Both the position numbers and the translations under genes were made by a program. Below, piece by piece: positions 7,236 to 14,827 of a DNA stretch of 26,549 nucleotides. The stretch is from an uncultured Thermoplasmata archaeon (GTDB lineage: Archaea > Thermoplasmatota > Thermoplasmata > RBG-16-68-12), in the NCBI GenBank assembly GCA_963768855.1, contig CAVYJM010000004.1, positions 1-26,549 on the forward strand, read 5' to 3'. The notes under the pieces are model-generated. The model saw only the letters and a program-made list of their open reading frames with translations, was not told the origin of the DNA and ran no database searches. Numbering within the stretch: position 1 is the stretch's first letter; every line of letters begins with the position of its first letter.

Positions 7236-7754
7236 TCATTCGGTCTCGAGTTCGGCGGAATGGATGCGGCGGATCTCCACGACGACACCGGGGGCGCCGT
7301 AGTCCTTCGACGCTTGAATCTCGATGACCTGGCTGTCGTCCGCGAACACCACATAGGTCAGCGCATCGAGGACCGCGCGAGTGAGCTTGTCCAGATCGGG
7401 CCGCTTGTCCGGCCACACGCGCTTCCTCTTCGGGGCCGATTTCGGCTTAGGGAGTCCGAAGTGCAGCTCGATGCCGACGGGTCCCTCCCACGGTTCCTTC
7501 GGCGCGAAGTTCTGGGCGACGTCCGCCACGAGGCGCCGCCACGTCGAGAGCCCCTTCGCCGAGCTCGTGATGATCGGCTTGCCATGAACGACCCAGGCGC
7601 GTGTGGAGCCCTGGGGGATCGGGAGGCCGTGGACCTGGAAGCTGATCACGTTGTCCGTGCGGATCTCGCGCGTCTCCAAGATGGTCTCAGGAGGGGCGCG
7701 CAGTTCCTCTCGAGGCGCCGGAACGGCCCGTGCGCTCCTCCGAGTTACAGCCAT
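7236..7754 (-). CDS. rusA: RusA family Holliday junction resolvase
   Basis: FQVHGLPIPQGS…W…PVGIELHF…KRPDLDKLTRAVLDAL…FADDSQV. The acidic residues equivalent to RusA D70/D72/D91 are present. ATG 7754 lies downstream of TATA-like 'cttaaggttaag'. Confidence 0.85.
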   Translation of the reverse strand: MAVTRRSARAVPAPREELRAPPETILETREIRTDNVISFQVHGLPIPQGSTRAWVVHGKPIITSSAKGLSTWRRLVADVAQNFAPKEPWEGPVGIELHFGLPKPKSAPKRKRVWPDKRPDLDKLTRAVLDALTYVVFADDSQVIEIQASKDYGAPGVVVEIRRIHSAELETE

Positions 7755-7903
7755 CGTCCCATCCCGTTGCGTCTCCGCTGACAGATGTCCGACAACGCGA
7801 TGTCGCCTCTTAACCTTAAGCGTCGGTGGCTTTGCGTCGCTCCGCGGAGGGTCGGGGGGGATATGGTCCCTCCTGGGAGGTGCCCGAAAGTGCGGGCCGC
7901 GTT

Positions 7904-8281
7904 TCATTTCAGCGCGGCCTTCGCCTTCTCCATGTCGTCGACGACGAGGGCGATCTCCGTCCGGCCGTTCTTCGACCCGAGGATGTAGATCGAGTGCACG
8001 TCGATGGAAGCCCGCGCCAGGCGACGCGAGACCTTGGCGAGTTCGCCCGGTCGGTCGAGGAGCTCGAGGTTCAGGATCTCGTTGAGTTCGTACTTCATGC
8101 CCGCGTTCGTGAGGGCCTTCTCGGTCGTCGCGACGTCCTGCGTCACTACGCGCAGGAAGGAGGCGTCGTGCTTCGACTCGCTCGCGATTGCGCGGATGTT
8201 CACCGCGGCCGCGGAAAGGGCTTCCGTAACGCGCGCCAGTTCACCCGGATGGTCGGCCACGAAAACTCGGAACTCCTTCAT
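7904..8281 (-). CDS. tandem ACT-domain protein
   Basis: Two repeats: DHPGELARVTEAL…NI and DRPGELAKVSRRL…DV. Own promoter 'aaggtttagtaag' upstream. Confidence 0.9.
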   Translation of the reverse strand: MKEFRVFVADHPGELARVTEALSAAAVNIRAIASESKHDASFLRVVTQDVATTEKALTNAGMKYELNEILNLELLDRPGELAKVSRRLARASIDVHSIYILGSKNGRTEIALVVDDMEKAKAALK

Positions 8282-8346
8282 CTCGGTCTCCCCACCACGT
8301 CGGAGGGTGCAAGGCGCGGCGGCTTACTAAACCTTGCTTGACGATG

Positions 8347-9660
8347 TCACGGGACGAGCCTCGCCCGGTCGCGCGGGAAGAGGATGGCCTCGCGGATGTT
8401 CGGCAGATCGAGGAGCTTCTGGACGAACCGGTCGACCCCGAACCCCCAGCCGCCATGGGGCGGCATCCCGTAGCGGAACGCCTTGAGATAGAACTCGAAG
8501 CCCTCCGGGTTCAGCCCCTTCTCCCGCATCTTCGCCACGAGCACGTCGTAGCGGTGCTCCCTCTGGCCGCCCGACGCCATCTCGTCGCCCTTGTACTCAA
8601 GGTCGAAGGAGAACGAGTACTCCGGCTCCGCCGGCTTCGACATGACGTAGAACGGCTTGATTGAACTCGGATACTCCGTGAGGAAGTACAGCTCGTGCCC
8701 CTCCTCGTCCATCGTGGATCCGAGGACCTTCTCGCCCTCCGTGTCGATGTCGTCGCCGTCCCGCACGCGCTTGCCGCGGTTCCTCAGGATCTCCAGGGCC
8801 TCCGCGTACGGCATGCGCCGCAGCGGGAGGGACGGCACCTTCGGGTCGGCGTGGAGCAGGTCGAGCTCGCGTTTCGCCTCGCCGCGGACGCGCTCGATCG
8901 CGTGGGCGACCGCGACCTCCAGGAGGCGGAAGACGTCCTCCTGGCTCTCGATCCAGGCAACTTCCGCGTCGAACGAGGTGAACTCGGTGACGTGCCGGAC
9001 CGTGTCGGAGGGCTCCGCACGGAACGCGGGGGCGATCTCGAAAACCCGGTCGAGGCCCGTGGACATGAGCATCTGCTTGTACAGCTGGGGGCTCTGGCTC
9101 AGGAAGGCCTTCCGCCCGAAGTAGTCGGTGTCGAAGAGCGTTGCGCCGCCTTCGGCTCCCGCGCCGGCGAGCTTGGGAGTGTGGACCTCGACGAACCCCT
9201 GGCCGGAGAGGGATTCCCGCAGCGCCGCTAGGACAATCCCGCGGACGAGGAAGATCGCGCGCCGTTCCGGCTTGCGGAGGTCGAGCGTGCGGTTGTCGAA
9301 GCGCGTGTCCATCTCCGCGCCCACTTTGTCGGCGACAGGGAGCGGGAGGGGTGCGGCCGCCGCGCTCAGCACGTCGACCGTGGCCGCCAGCAGCTCCCAG
9401 CCGTTGCGCACCTGAGCGTTCGGCTGGATGGTACCGGTGACCGCGACGACGCTCTCGCGCACAATCCTGGCGACGGCGTCGAAGAGGGACTCGTTCCCCT
9501 TCTTCTTCACGGTCGCCTGGAAAGTGCCCTCGCGTTGGCGGACGATGAGGAACGCGATCCCCCCGAGGTTCCGGAGGTCCTCAACCCAGCCCGCGAGGGT
9601 CACGGTCTTCCCGTGGTCCTCGGGGCCGATGGACGCGAAGGATCGGGAGAGGGGCGGCAT
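8347..9660 (-). CDS. aspS: aspartate--tRNA ligase, archaeal type
   Basis: OB-fold anticodon domain (VTLAGWV…LGGIAF), LSQSPQLYKQ, motif 2 FRAEPSDTVRHVTEF, motif 3 PPHGGWGFGVDR; 437 aa. Confidence 0.97.
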   Translation of the reverse strand: MPPLSRSFASIGPEDHGKTVTLAGWVEDLRNLGGIAFLIVRQREGTFQATVKKKGNESLFDAVARIVRESVVAVTGTIQPNAQVRNGWELLAATVDVLSAAAAPLPLPVADKVGAEMDTRFDNRTLDLRKPERRAIFLVRGIVLAALRESLSGQGFVEVHTPKLAGAGAEGGATLFDTDYFGRKAFLSQSPQLYKQMLMSTGLDRVFEIAPAFRAEPSDTVRHVTEFTSFDAEVAWIESQEDVFRLLEVAVAHAIERVRGEAKRELDLLHADPKVPSLPLRRMPYAEALEILRNRGKRVRDGDDIDTEGEKVLGSTMDEEGHELYFLTEYPSSIKPFYVMSKPAEPEYSFSFDLEYKGDEMASGGQREHRYDVLVAKMREKGLNPEGFEFYLKAFRYGMPPHGGWGFGVDRFVQKLLDLPNIREAILFPRDRARLVP

Positions 9661-9685
9661 CGGGCCGCGGAGACCGCAGGGTCGG

Positions 9686-9691
9686 TATAAA
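9686..9691 (-). promoter_or_regulatory. TATA box of aspS (leaderless-type spacing)
   Basis: TTTATA on the minus strand, 26-31 nt upstream of the ATG. Confidence 0.7.
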
Positions 9692-9702
9692 GGATGCGGT
9701 GT

Positions 9703-10713
9703 TCAGCGGGCCGTAGGGATGGGCGGGGCGGTCGGGATGGCCGTCGGTGGTGCCGTGAGCCGGATGTCCGGCCGCTCGCCGGATCGCTCCAGGATGTCCT
9801 TGACGAGCTGGGTGCGGTACCGGCTCCGTTCGAAGACGGGGCAGAAGTAGACAAGGGTCAGGTCGACGCCGGCGTCCCGCACGTTCCAGAGGACCGTCGG
9901 CTCCTCCGTCACGTACTCGCGCAGGTCCTCGAACTCGTACTTGTTCCGGATGCGGGCCGTGCTCTGGCGCATCATCGGGCCGACGATCTCTTCGGCGGCG
10001 TTCAGGAGGATCGACTCCGCGGCCTTCGCGTCGCTTTGATACGGCACCGTGATCGTGAGCTGGTCCCACACGAACGGCGTGTCCTTCGTCGCGTTGAAGA
10101 TGTTCCCGCGGACCGCTTGGCTGTTCGGAATCGTCACGTAGCGGCCCGTATGGATGTCCCCCGCGAGGGAGCCCCCGAATTCGCGGATCGTCGTGTTCAG
10201 GGGCGTGATCCCGACGACGTAGCCGCGGGTGTTGCTCACCTCGATTCGGTCGCCGAGCTTGTAGAGGCGCATCGTGACGATGACCATCCAGCCGACGAAG
10301 GAGAGGAGCGGCTCCCCCAGCACGTAGACCAGGGCGGCAGACACGAGGCCGATGCTGAGCCCGAGGTTCTGGGACATCCCCGTCCCCGCCAGGCTCCAGA
10401 TCACGAGGAGGAGGGCCGTCGCCCAGACCACATAGGAGACGACCTTGAAGTGGGCGAAGATGTCCGCCTCGTATCGCACGTGGCTGCGGAGCGCCGCGCG
10501 GAACACCGGGCGGAGGACCTCGAGGAGCGCCTTCGTCGCGAGGAGGATCAGGATCGCGAAGACCCATGGCTGGTACGCCTGGAGGCTCACCTGGCCTACC
10601 GGCACGCCGGGGATCTGGACTGCGCCGGTGAGGACGAGCAGGACGAGGATGAACCCGAGCGTGACGAGGACCCAGAGGAGGGCTCGCGCTTTCTTCCAGC
10701 TCTCCTGGTTCAC
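9703..10713 (-). CDS. mscS: small-conductance mechanosensitive channel (MscS family)
   Basis: N-terminal TM helices, YKLGDRIEV…GYVVGITPLNTTIRE, VTIPNS, C-terminal cage domain. TATA 'cttatag' about 25 nt upstream. Confidence 0.9.
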   Translation of the reverse strand: MNQESWKKARALLWVLVTLGFILVLLVLTGAVQIPGVPVGQVSLQAYQPWVFAILILLATKALLEVLRPVFRAALRSHVRYEADIFAHFKVVSYVVWATALLLVIWSLAGTGMSQNLGLSIGLVSAALVYVLGEPLLSFVGWMVIVTMRLYKLGDRIEVSNTRGYVVGITPLNTTIREFGGSLAGDIHTGRYVTIPNSQAVRGNIFNATKDTPFVWDQLTITVPYQSDAKAAESILLNAAEEIVGPMMRQSTARIRNKYEFEDLREYVTEEPTVLWNVRDAGVDLTLVYFCPVFERSRYRTQLVKDILERSGERPDIRLTAPPTAIPTAPPIPTAR

Positions 10714-10784
10714 GGAGCCGTCCGAGCCGACTTCGTCCCTATAAGTCCCGCGACCTCATTATCGCCCCTGAAAGGGGACGGGGT

Positions 10785-12668
10785 TCAACGGCGCAGACGA
10801 CCGTTCGGGGGGCCGACGAGGTCGCCCCGAGGCCGCCGGATGTGGAGCCCGCCCTCGCGGATACCCTCCTCCGCGAGTTTCTTCTCCCAGGCGCGGTTGA
10901 TATCTCCGCGGGAAAGGTAGCCCACGGGCCGACCCTGATCGTCCACGACGGGCAGATGGCCCACATGTTTCCAGACCATCTTCTGGAGCGCGGCGTAGAT
11001 CGAGTCGTTCGGATGCACCACGACGGGATCCTTCGTGCCTACGTCGAGGACCGTCTTCCCCTCGAGGCGGTTCCGCTCCCGGAAGAGGTCGTGCCGCGTG
11101 ACCACCGCAACGATGTTCCCGGCCGCGTCGGCGACTGGGAAGCTGCGCATGTGGTACTCCGGTCGCTCGATGTCCGCAATGAGGGTGTGGAGCTCGAGTG
11201 CGGGCATCGTGGCGGGAAGGATGCGGGGGTTCTTCGACATGACGTCCGAGACGGGGACCATTTCCAAGAGGTTCGCCTCGTACTCGTGGCGGACTTTTAG
11301 TCCCCGTCGTGCGAGCTTCTCGGTCATGATTGTCGTGTCGCCGACGAGGAGGATCATCACAGCGTCCGCGATGACGCAGGCTACGGCGATGGGCACGAGC
11401 GCGGACACGTTACCGACCGTGTAGATTCCGGTGACTTCCGCCCCGAAGACGATGGAGGCGAGGGTGGCCCGTGACGCGGCTGCGAAGACCGCCGTCATCC
11501 CGATAATCGCGCACGCGCTGACGGTGAGCCCGAGCCCGGGGTCTGCGGCATTGAACAGGAGTCCGACAAGCGCGCCGAAGGTGCCCCCCATCATGAAGAT
11601 GGGAGCCAGGGTCCCGCCGCTTGACCCCGCCGACAGGGCGATCGTCCAGGCGAGGGCCTTCAGGACCAGGAGGGCGAGGAGGAAGAGCAGGGAGCCCACG
11701 AGGACGTTCGCCGCGTAGGGGGTGCTCAAGACCTCCTGGATCAGGTCGTAACCTGTGCCAAGTACGGAAGGGTCCGCGAACCCGATCACGCCCACGACCG
11801 CACCGCCGACTACGGGGACGAAGAACTCCGGCACCGGGAGGCGGCGGAAGGCGTCCTCGAGCTGGTACAGGAGCTTCGTGAGGTACGATCCGACGACGCC
11901 GCACAGGAGGCCCAGCACCGCCACGAGCGGCAGACCGCCGAGGCCGAAGTACGGTCCGAACCCGAGGAGCGTCGGGTCGACGGCGAAGAGGGGCGCGGGC
12001 GCGAAGAGGAGGTAGTGCATGAGGGTGCCGACCGCGCTCGCGATCGCCACGGGGATGAACGAGCGGGGCCGGAACTCGAAGAGCAAGAGCTCGATGACGA
12101 ACAGGATGGCCGCAAGCGGTGTGCCCAAGATCGCCGCCATCCCGGCCGCCGCGCCGCAGGCCAGGAGGATCTTGCGCTCCGTCGTTGTGACCCGCAGGAT
12201 CTGGCCGATGAGGCTCCCGGCCGCGCCCCCGGTCTGGATGATTGGTCCCTCCGCACCGAACGGGCCTCCAGACCCGACCGAGACGGCCGCGGAGATCGGC
12301 TTCAGGATCCCTACTTTGGGCTGGATCCGGCTGCGGCTCGTGAGGATCGCCTCGATCGTCTCGGGCTCTCCATGCCCGGAGATCTTCGTGCTGCCATAGC
12401 GGATCATGACCGCGATGAGGAGGCCCCCGAGCGCGGGGATCAGGATGACGAGGAACCGCCATGGCGTCTGCAGGAACGGCGCGTCGAACGGGTTCACGAA
12501 ATCGATCGACAGGCGGCCGTAGAAGAGGAGGTTCGTGACGAGGCCGATCATGTGGAAAAGGAGGTAGGCGACCGCGCCCCCGGCGAACCCGAGGAAAACC
12601 GCCATGACGGATAGGAACGCGACCTGCCGAAGGACCTGGAGCCGTCCCAACCCATGCTCCGCCTCCAT
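10785..12668 (-). CDS. ClC chloride channel/H+ antiporter with C-terminal CBS pair
   Basis: GGPFGAEGP (gating Glu), CGAAAGMAA…TPLAAILFVIE, GSSGGTLAP, EVTGIY, then two CBS domains (VSDVMS…; HLPVVD…VGYLSRGD). Confidence 0.95.
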   Translation of the reverse strand: MEAEHGLGRLQVLRQVAFLSVMAVFLGFAGGAVAYLLFHMIGLVTNLLFYGRLSIDFVNPFDAPFLQTPWRFLVILIPALGGLLIAVMIRYGSTKISGHGEPETIEAILTSRSRIQPKVGILKPISAAVSVGSGGPFGAEGPIIQTGGAAGSLIGQILRVTTTERKILLACGAAAGMAAILGTPLAAILFVIELLLFEFRPRSFIPVAIASAVGTLMHYLLFAPAPLFAVDPTLLGFGPYFGLGGLPLVAVLGLLCGVVGSYLTKLLYQLEDAFRRLPVPEFFVPVVGGAVVGVIGFADPSVLGTGYDLIQEVLSTPYAANVLVGSLLFLLALLVLKALAWTIALSAGSSGGTLAPIFMMGGTFGALVGLLFNAADPGLGLTVSACAIIGMTAVFAAASRATLASIVFGAEVTGIYTVGNVSALVPIAVACVIADAVMILLVGDTTIMTEKLARRGLKVRHEYEANLLEMVPVSDVMSKNPRILPATMPALELHTLIADIERPEYHMRSFPVADAAGNIVAVVTRHDLFRERNRLEGKTVLDVGTKDPVVVHPNDSIYAALQKMVWKHVGHLPVVDDQGRPVGYLSRGDINRAWEKKLAEEGIREGGLHIRRPRGDLVGPPNGRLRR

Positions 12669-12780
12669 CCTATGCGCCCTTCGGGCGCTCCCAGTGTGGC
12701 GCTCTATTTACGCCTTTCTGGGTAGGATGCGGCTTTCCCTGTTTCCTGAGGACGCCCGAAATGAGAGCCTCGTATCGATT

Positions 12781-13203
12781 CTAGCCTGAGAGTGCTTTGA
12801 GGATGCGCTCCCGGAGGGTTGGGATGTCCGCGTCCGCGGTGCCGACGCCCAGCGTGGCGGCCGCGGCGGTCACCTTCTCGTCGGAGACTTTGTCGATTGC
12901 GCGCGCGATGTCGATCTTGAGCTGGACATCGCTTCGCCCGGTCGTCGGGAGGCCGAGGACTGCCGCGACACGCTCCTCCTGGCTCCGCGCGTTCGTTGGG
13001 GTCTCCGCGAATTGTCCGCGGATTTCCCGTTCGATTTCCATTCGACCCCTCTGGAACTCGCCCATCGCCCGGCCGAACCCGCGAGCGAGTTCCGGCAGTT
13101 TCGACGGACCGAACAGGAAGAGCGCCGCGACGATGACGAGAAGGATGATCCACTCGATGCCCTCGATCTGCGCGGTGAGATTGAACAGCTCTGCCAGAGT
13201 CAT
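12781..13203 (-). CDS. tatA: twin-arginine translocase TatA/TatE subunit with C-terminal extension
   Basis: EWIILLVIVAALFLFGPSKLPELARGFGRAMGEF. ATG 13203 is preferred because promoter 'aaacccttatcc' (about 13251-13262) is too close to GTG 13236. Confidence 0.9.
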   Translation of the reverse strand: MTLAELFNLTAQIEGIEWIILLVIVAALFLFGPSKLPELARGFGRAMGEFQRGRMEIEREIRGQFAETPTNARSQEERVAAVLGLPTTGRSDVQLKIDIARAIDKVSDEKVTAAAATLGVGTADADIPTLRERILKALSG

Positions 13204-13306
13204 GAACCGTCCCCTTCGCTTCTCCCAGACGTCCACTACGTGGGCTCCCGGATAAGGGTTTGCAGAGATGGCGAGTCGACCCGGTCCTGCGCGGCGGATC
13301 CGGGCC

Positions 13307-14506
13307 TCAAATGAACTCGGCGAACTTCTCGACGAGGCCGGGGTTGTGCTCCTTGAGCACTTTCAGGATCGCGCGGACGCTCAGCTTGTGCACGCCGACA
13401 TCGGCGAGGATCTTCACGATGTCGTCGAACTCCTTGTCCGTCAGGGTGACGAGCTTATTCTTTGCGAGCCAGTTCCGGTAGAGGTTCTCCTCCATCTTCG
13501 CCCGCCATGTCTTCTCGTAGGGCTGGAGGGCCGTCTCCGAGAAATCGCCCTTCTCGTTGCAGTCCCCAAGGACCTGGCCCAGGCACATCCCCGCATACAT
13601 CCCGTTCCCGATGCCGCCACCCGTGATCGGGTCGATCATCCGCGCGGAGTCTCCGACGAGGGCGATGCCGTTCCCGATCGTCTTCTTGATGGGAGCGCAG
13701 GTCGAGACGCCTCCGGTGACCATGTCCAGGGGCTGGGCGTGCTTCATCCGCGGCTGCGAGGCGATCCAGCGGTCCAGGAAGCCTTTGATGTCCTGTCGGC
13801 TGTGGAGCCGGTCCAGGGAGATGCCGATGCCCACGTTGGCCGTGGTGTCGTCCTTCGGGAAGACCCAGATGTAGCCCGCGGGGGCGATCGACCCGAGCCA
13901 GAACTCGCAGTAGTCCGGGAAGCCGTAGCCCTCCCCGATGTTCGTCATGCGGTACTGGAGCGTCCCGGTCACGTCGCCGGCCTTCAGGAGCGTCCGGAAG
14001 CCCGCCCAGCGTCCGACCTGGCTCTCGTAGCCGTCCGCCGCGACGACGCATTTCGCGTGGATGTTGAACTCGTCCTCGAGCTGCTTCACGCGCACGCCCG
14101 CAATCTTGCCGTCGTCCTTCAGGACGGCCGTCGCGGTCGTCTTGAGCAGGATCTTCGCACCCGCCTTCGCGGCCTCGATCGCCACGTGCTTGTCGAACTG
14201 GTCGCGCTCGAGCACGATGCCGACCTCGTTGCCCGCGGACGCCTCCTCGATCGTCAGCTCCGTGCCGTTCGGCGAGAAGATCTTCGCGCCCTTGACCTCG
14301 GCCGCGACCCACTTCTTGTTGTAGGGGAGCTTCGTATCCTCGACGAAGTGTCGCGCGAGGCCTTCGCCGCAGCGGACGGGCGAGCCGATCTCCTGGCGCT
14401 TCTCGATCAGGATCGTGTCGCAGCCGTTCATCGCCGCGTAGCGGGCCGTCATCGATCCGGCGGGGCCGGCGCCGACGACCACGATGTCGCACTTCAGGTC
14501 GGCCAT
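13307..14506 (-). CDS. digeranylgeranylglycerophospholipid reductase (geranylgeranyl reductase, GGR)
   Basis: GAGPAG FAD motif, PVRCGEG (PxxxC), YIWVFPK…ANVGIG (YxWxFPx7-8GxG), GDSA…PITGGGI. Confidence 0.95.
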   Translation of the reverse strand: MADLKCDIVVVGAGPAGSMTARYAAMNGCDTILIEKRQEIGSPVRCGEGLARHFVEDTKLPYNKKWVAAEVKGAKIFSPNGTELTIEEASAGNEVGIVLERDQFDKHVAIEAAKAGAKILLKTTATAVLKDDGKIAGVRVKQLEDEFNIHAKCVVAADGYESQVGRWAGFRTLLKAGDVTGTLQYRMTNIGEGYGFPDYCEFWLGSIAPAGYIWVFPKDDTTANVGIGISLDRLHSRQDIKGFLDRWIASQPRMKHAQPLDMVTGGVSTCAPIKKTIGNGIALVGDSARMIDPITGGGIGNGMYAGMCLGQVLGDCNEKGDFSETALQPYEKTWRAKMEENLYRNWLAKNKLVTLTDKEFDDIVKILADVGVHKLSVRAILKVLKEHNPGLVEKFAEFI

Positions 14507-14550
14507 GGCGAACCCGGCGTACCCATCAGCAGGAGATATAAGAAAGTACC

Positions 14551-14583
14551 GAGAAAGGGGAAAGGGAGCCCCGGGGAGGGCTC
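14551..14583 (-). terminator. hairpin plus pyrimidine tract after the ferredoxin, just upstream of the GGR TATA (cttatat 14536-14542)
   Basis: gagccc/gggctc stem (14566-14583), then cctttcccctttctc on the minus strand. Confidence 0.5.
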
Positions 14584-14827
14584 ACTTCATCGTGTGGAGC
14601 TTGTGGCCCCGCGGATAGTCGATCGCGCCGACCGGGCAGACCTTCACGCACATGCCGCACGTCGTGCAGTCCTCGTTGAAGGTCAGGAAGACCTCGTTGA
14701 GGAAGATCGCGTTCGTCGGGCACGTGCCCACGCACGCCCCGCAGTGCATGCAGAGCATGTCGTCGATGGCCATGATGCCGTTGTCCCGGACGGAGGGACG
14801 GATGGCGATCGCGGCGGCTTCAGGCAT
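14582..14827 (-). CDS. 2[4Fe-4S] ferredoxin (81 aa)
   Basis: CMHCGACVGTCP and CTTCGMCVKVCP. The ATG at 14827 overlaps the end of tes by 8 nt, suggesting translational coupling. Confidence 0.92.
   Translation of the reverse strand: MPEAAAIAIRPSVRDNGIMAIDDMLCMHCGACVGTCPTNAIFLNEVFLTFNEDCTTCGMCVKVCPVGAIDYPRGHKLHTMK

Noticed and set aside
7100-8300. Prophage around rusA
   Set aside because: No structural, terminase, integrase or replication genes; neighbours are housekeeping genes with host-like codon usage.
12669-12780. Fluoride riboswitch upstream of the ClC gene
   Set aside because: Only a vague '…atcctac' resemblance, with no GGxGAUG…UUCxCC P1/pseudoknot. It lies upstream of the likely TATA, and the ClC lacks CLC-F motifs.
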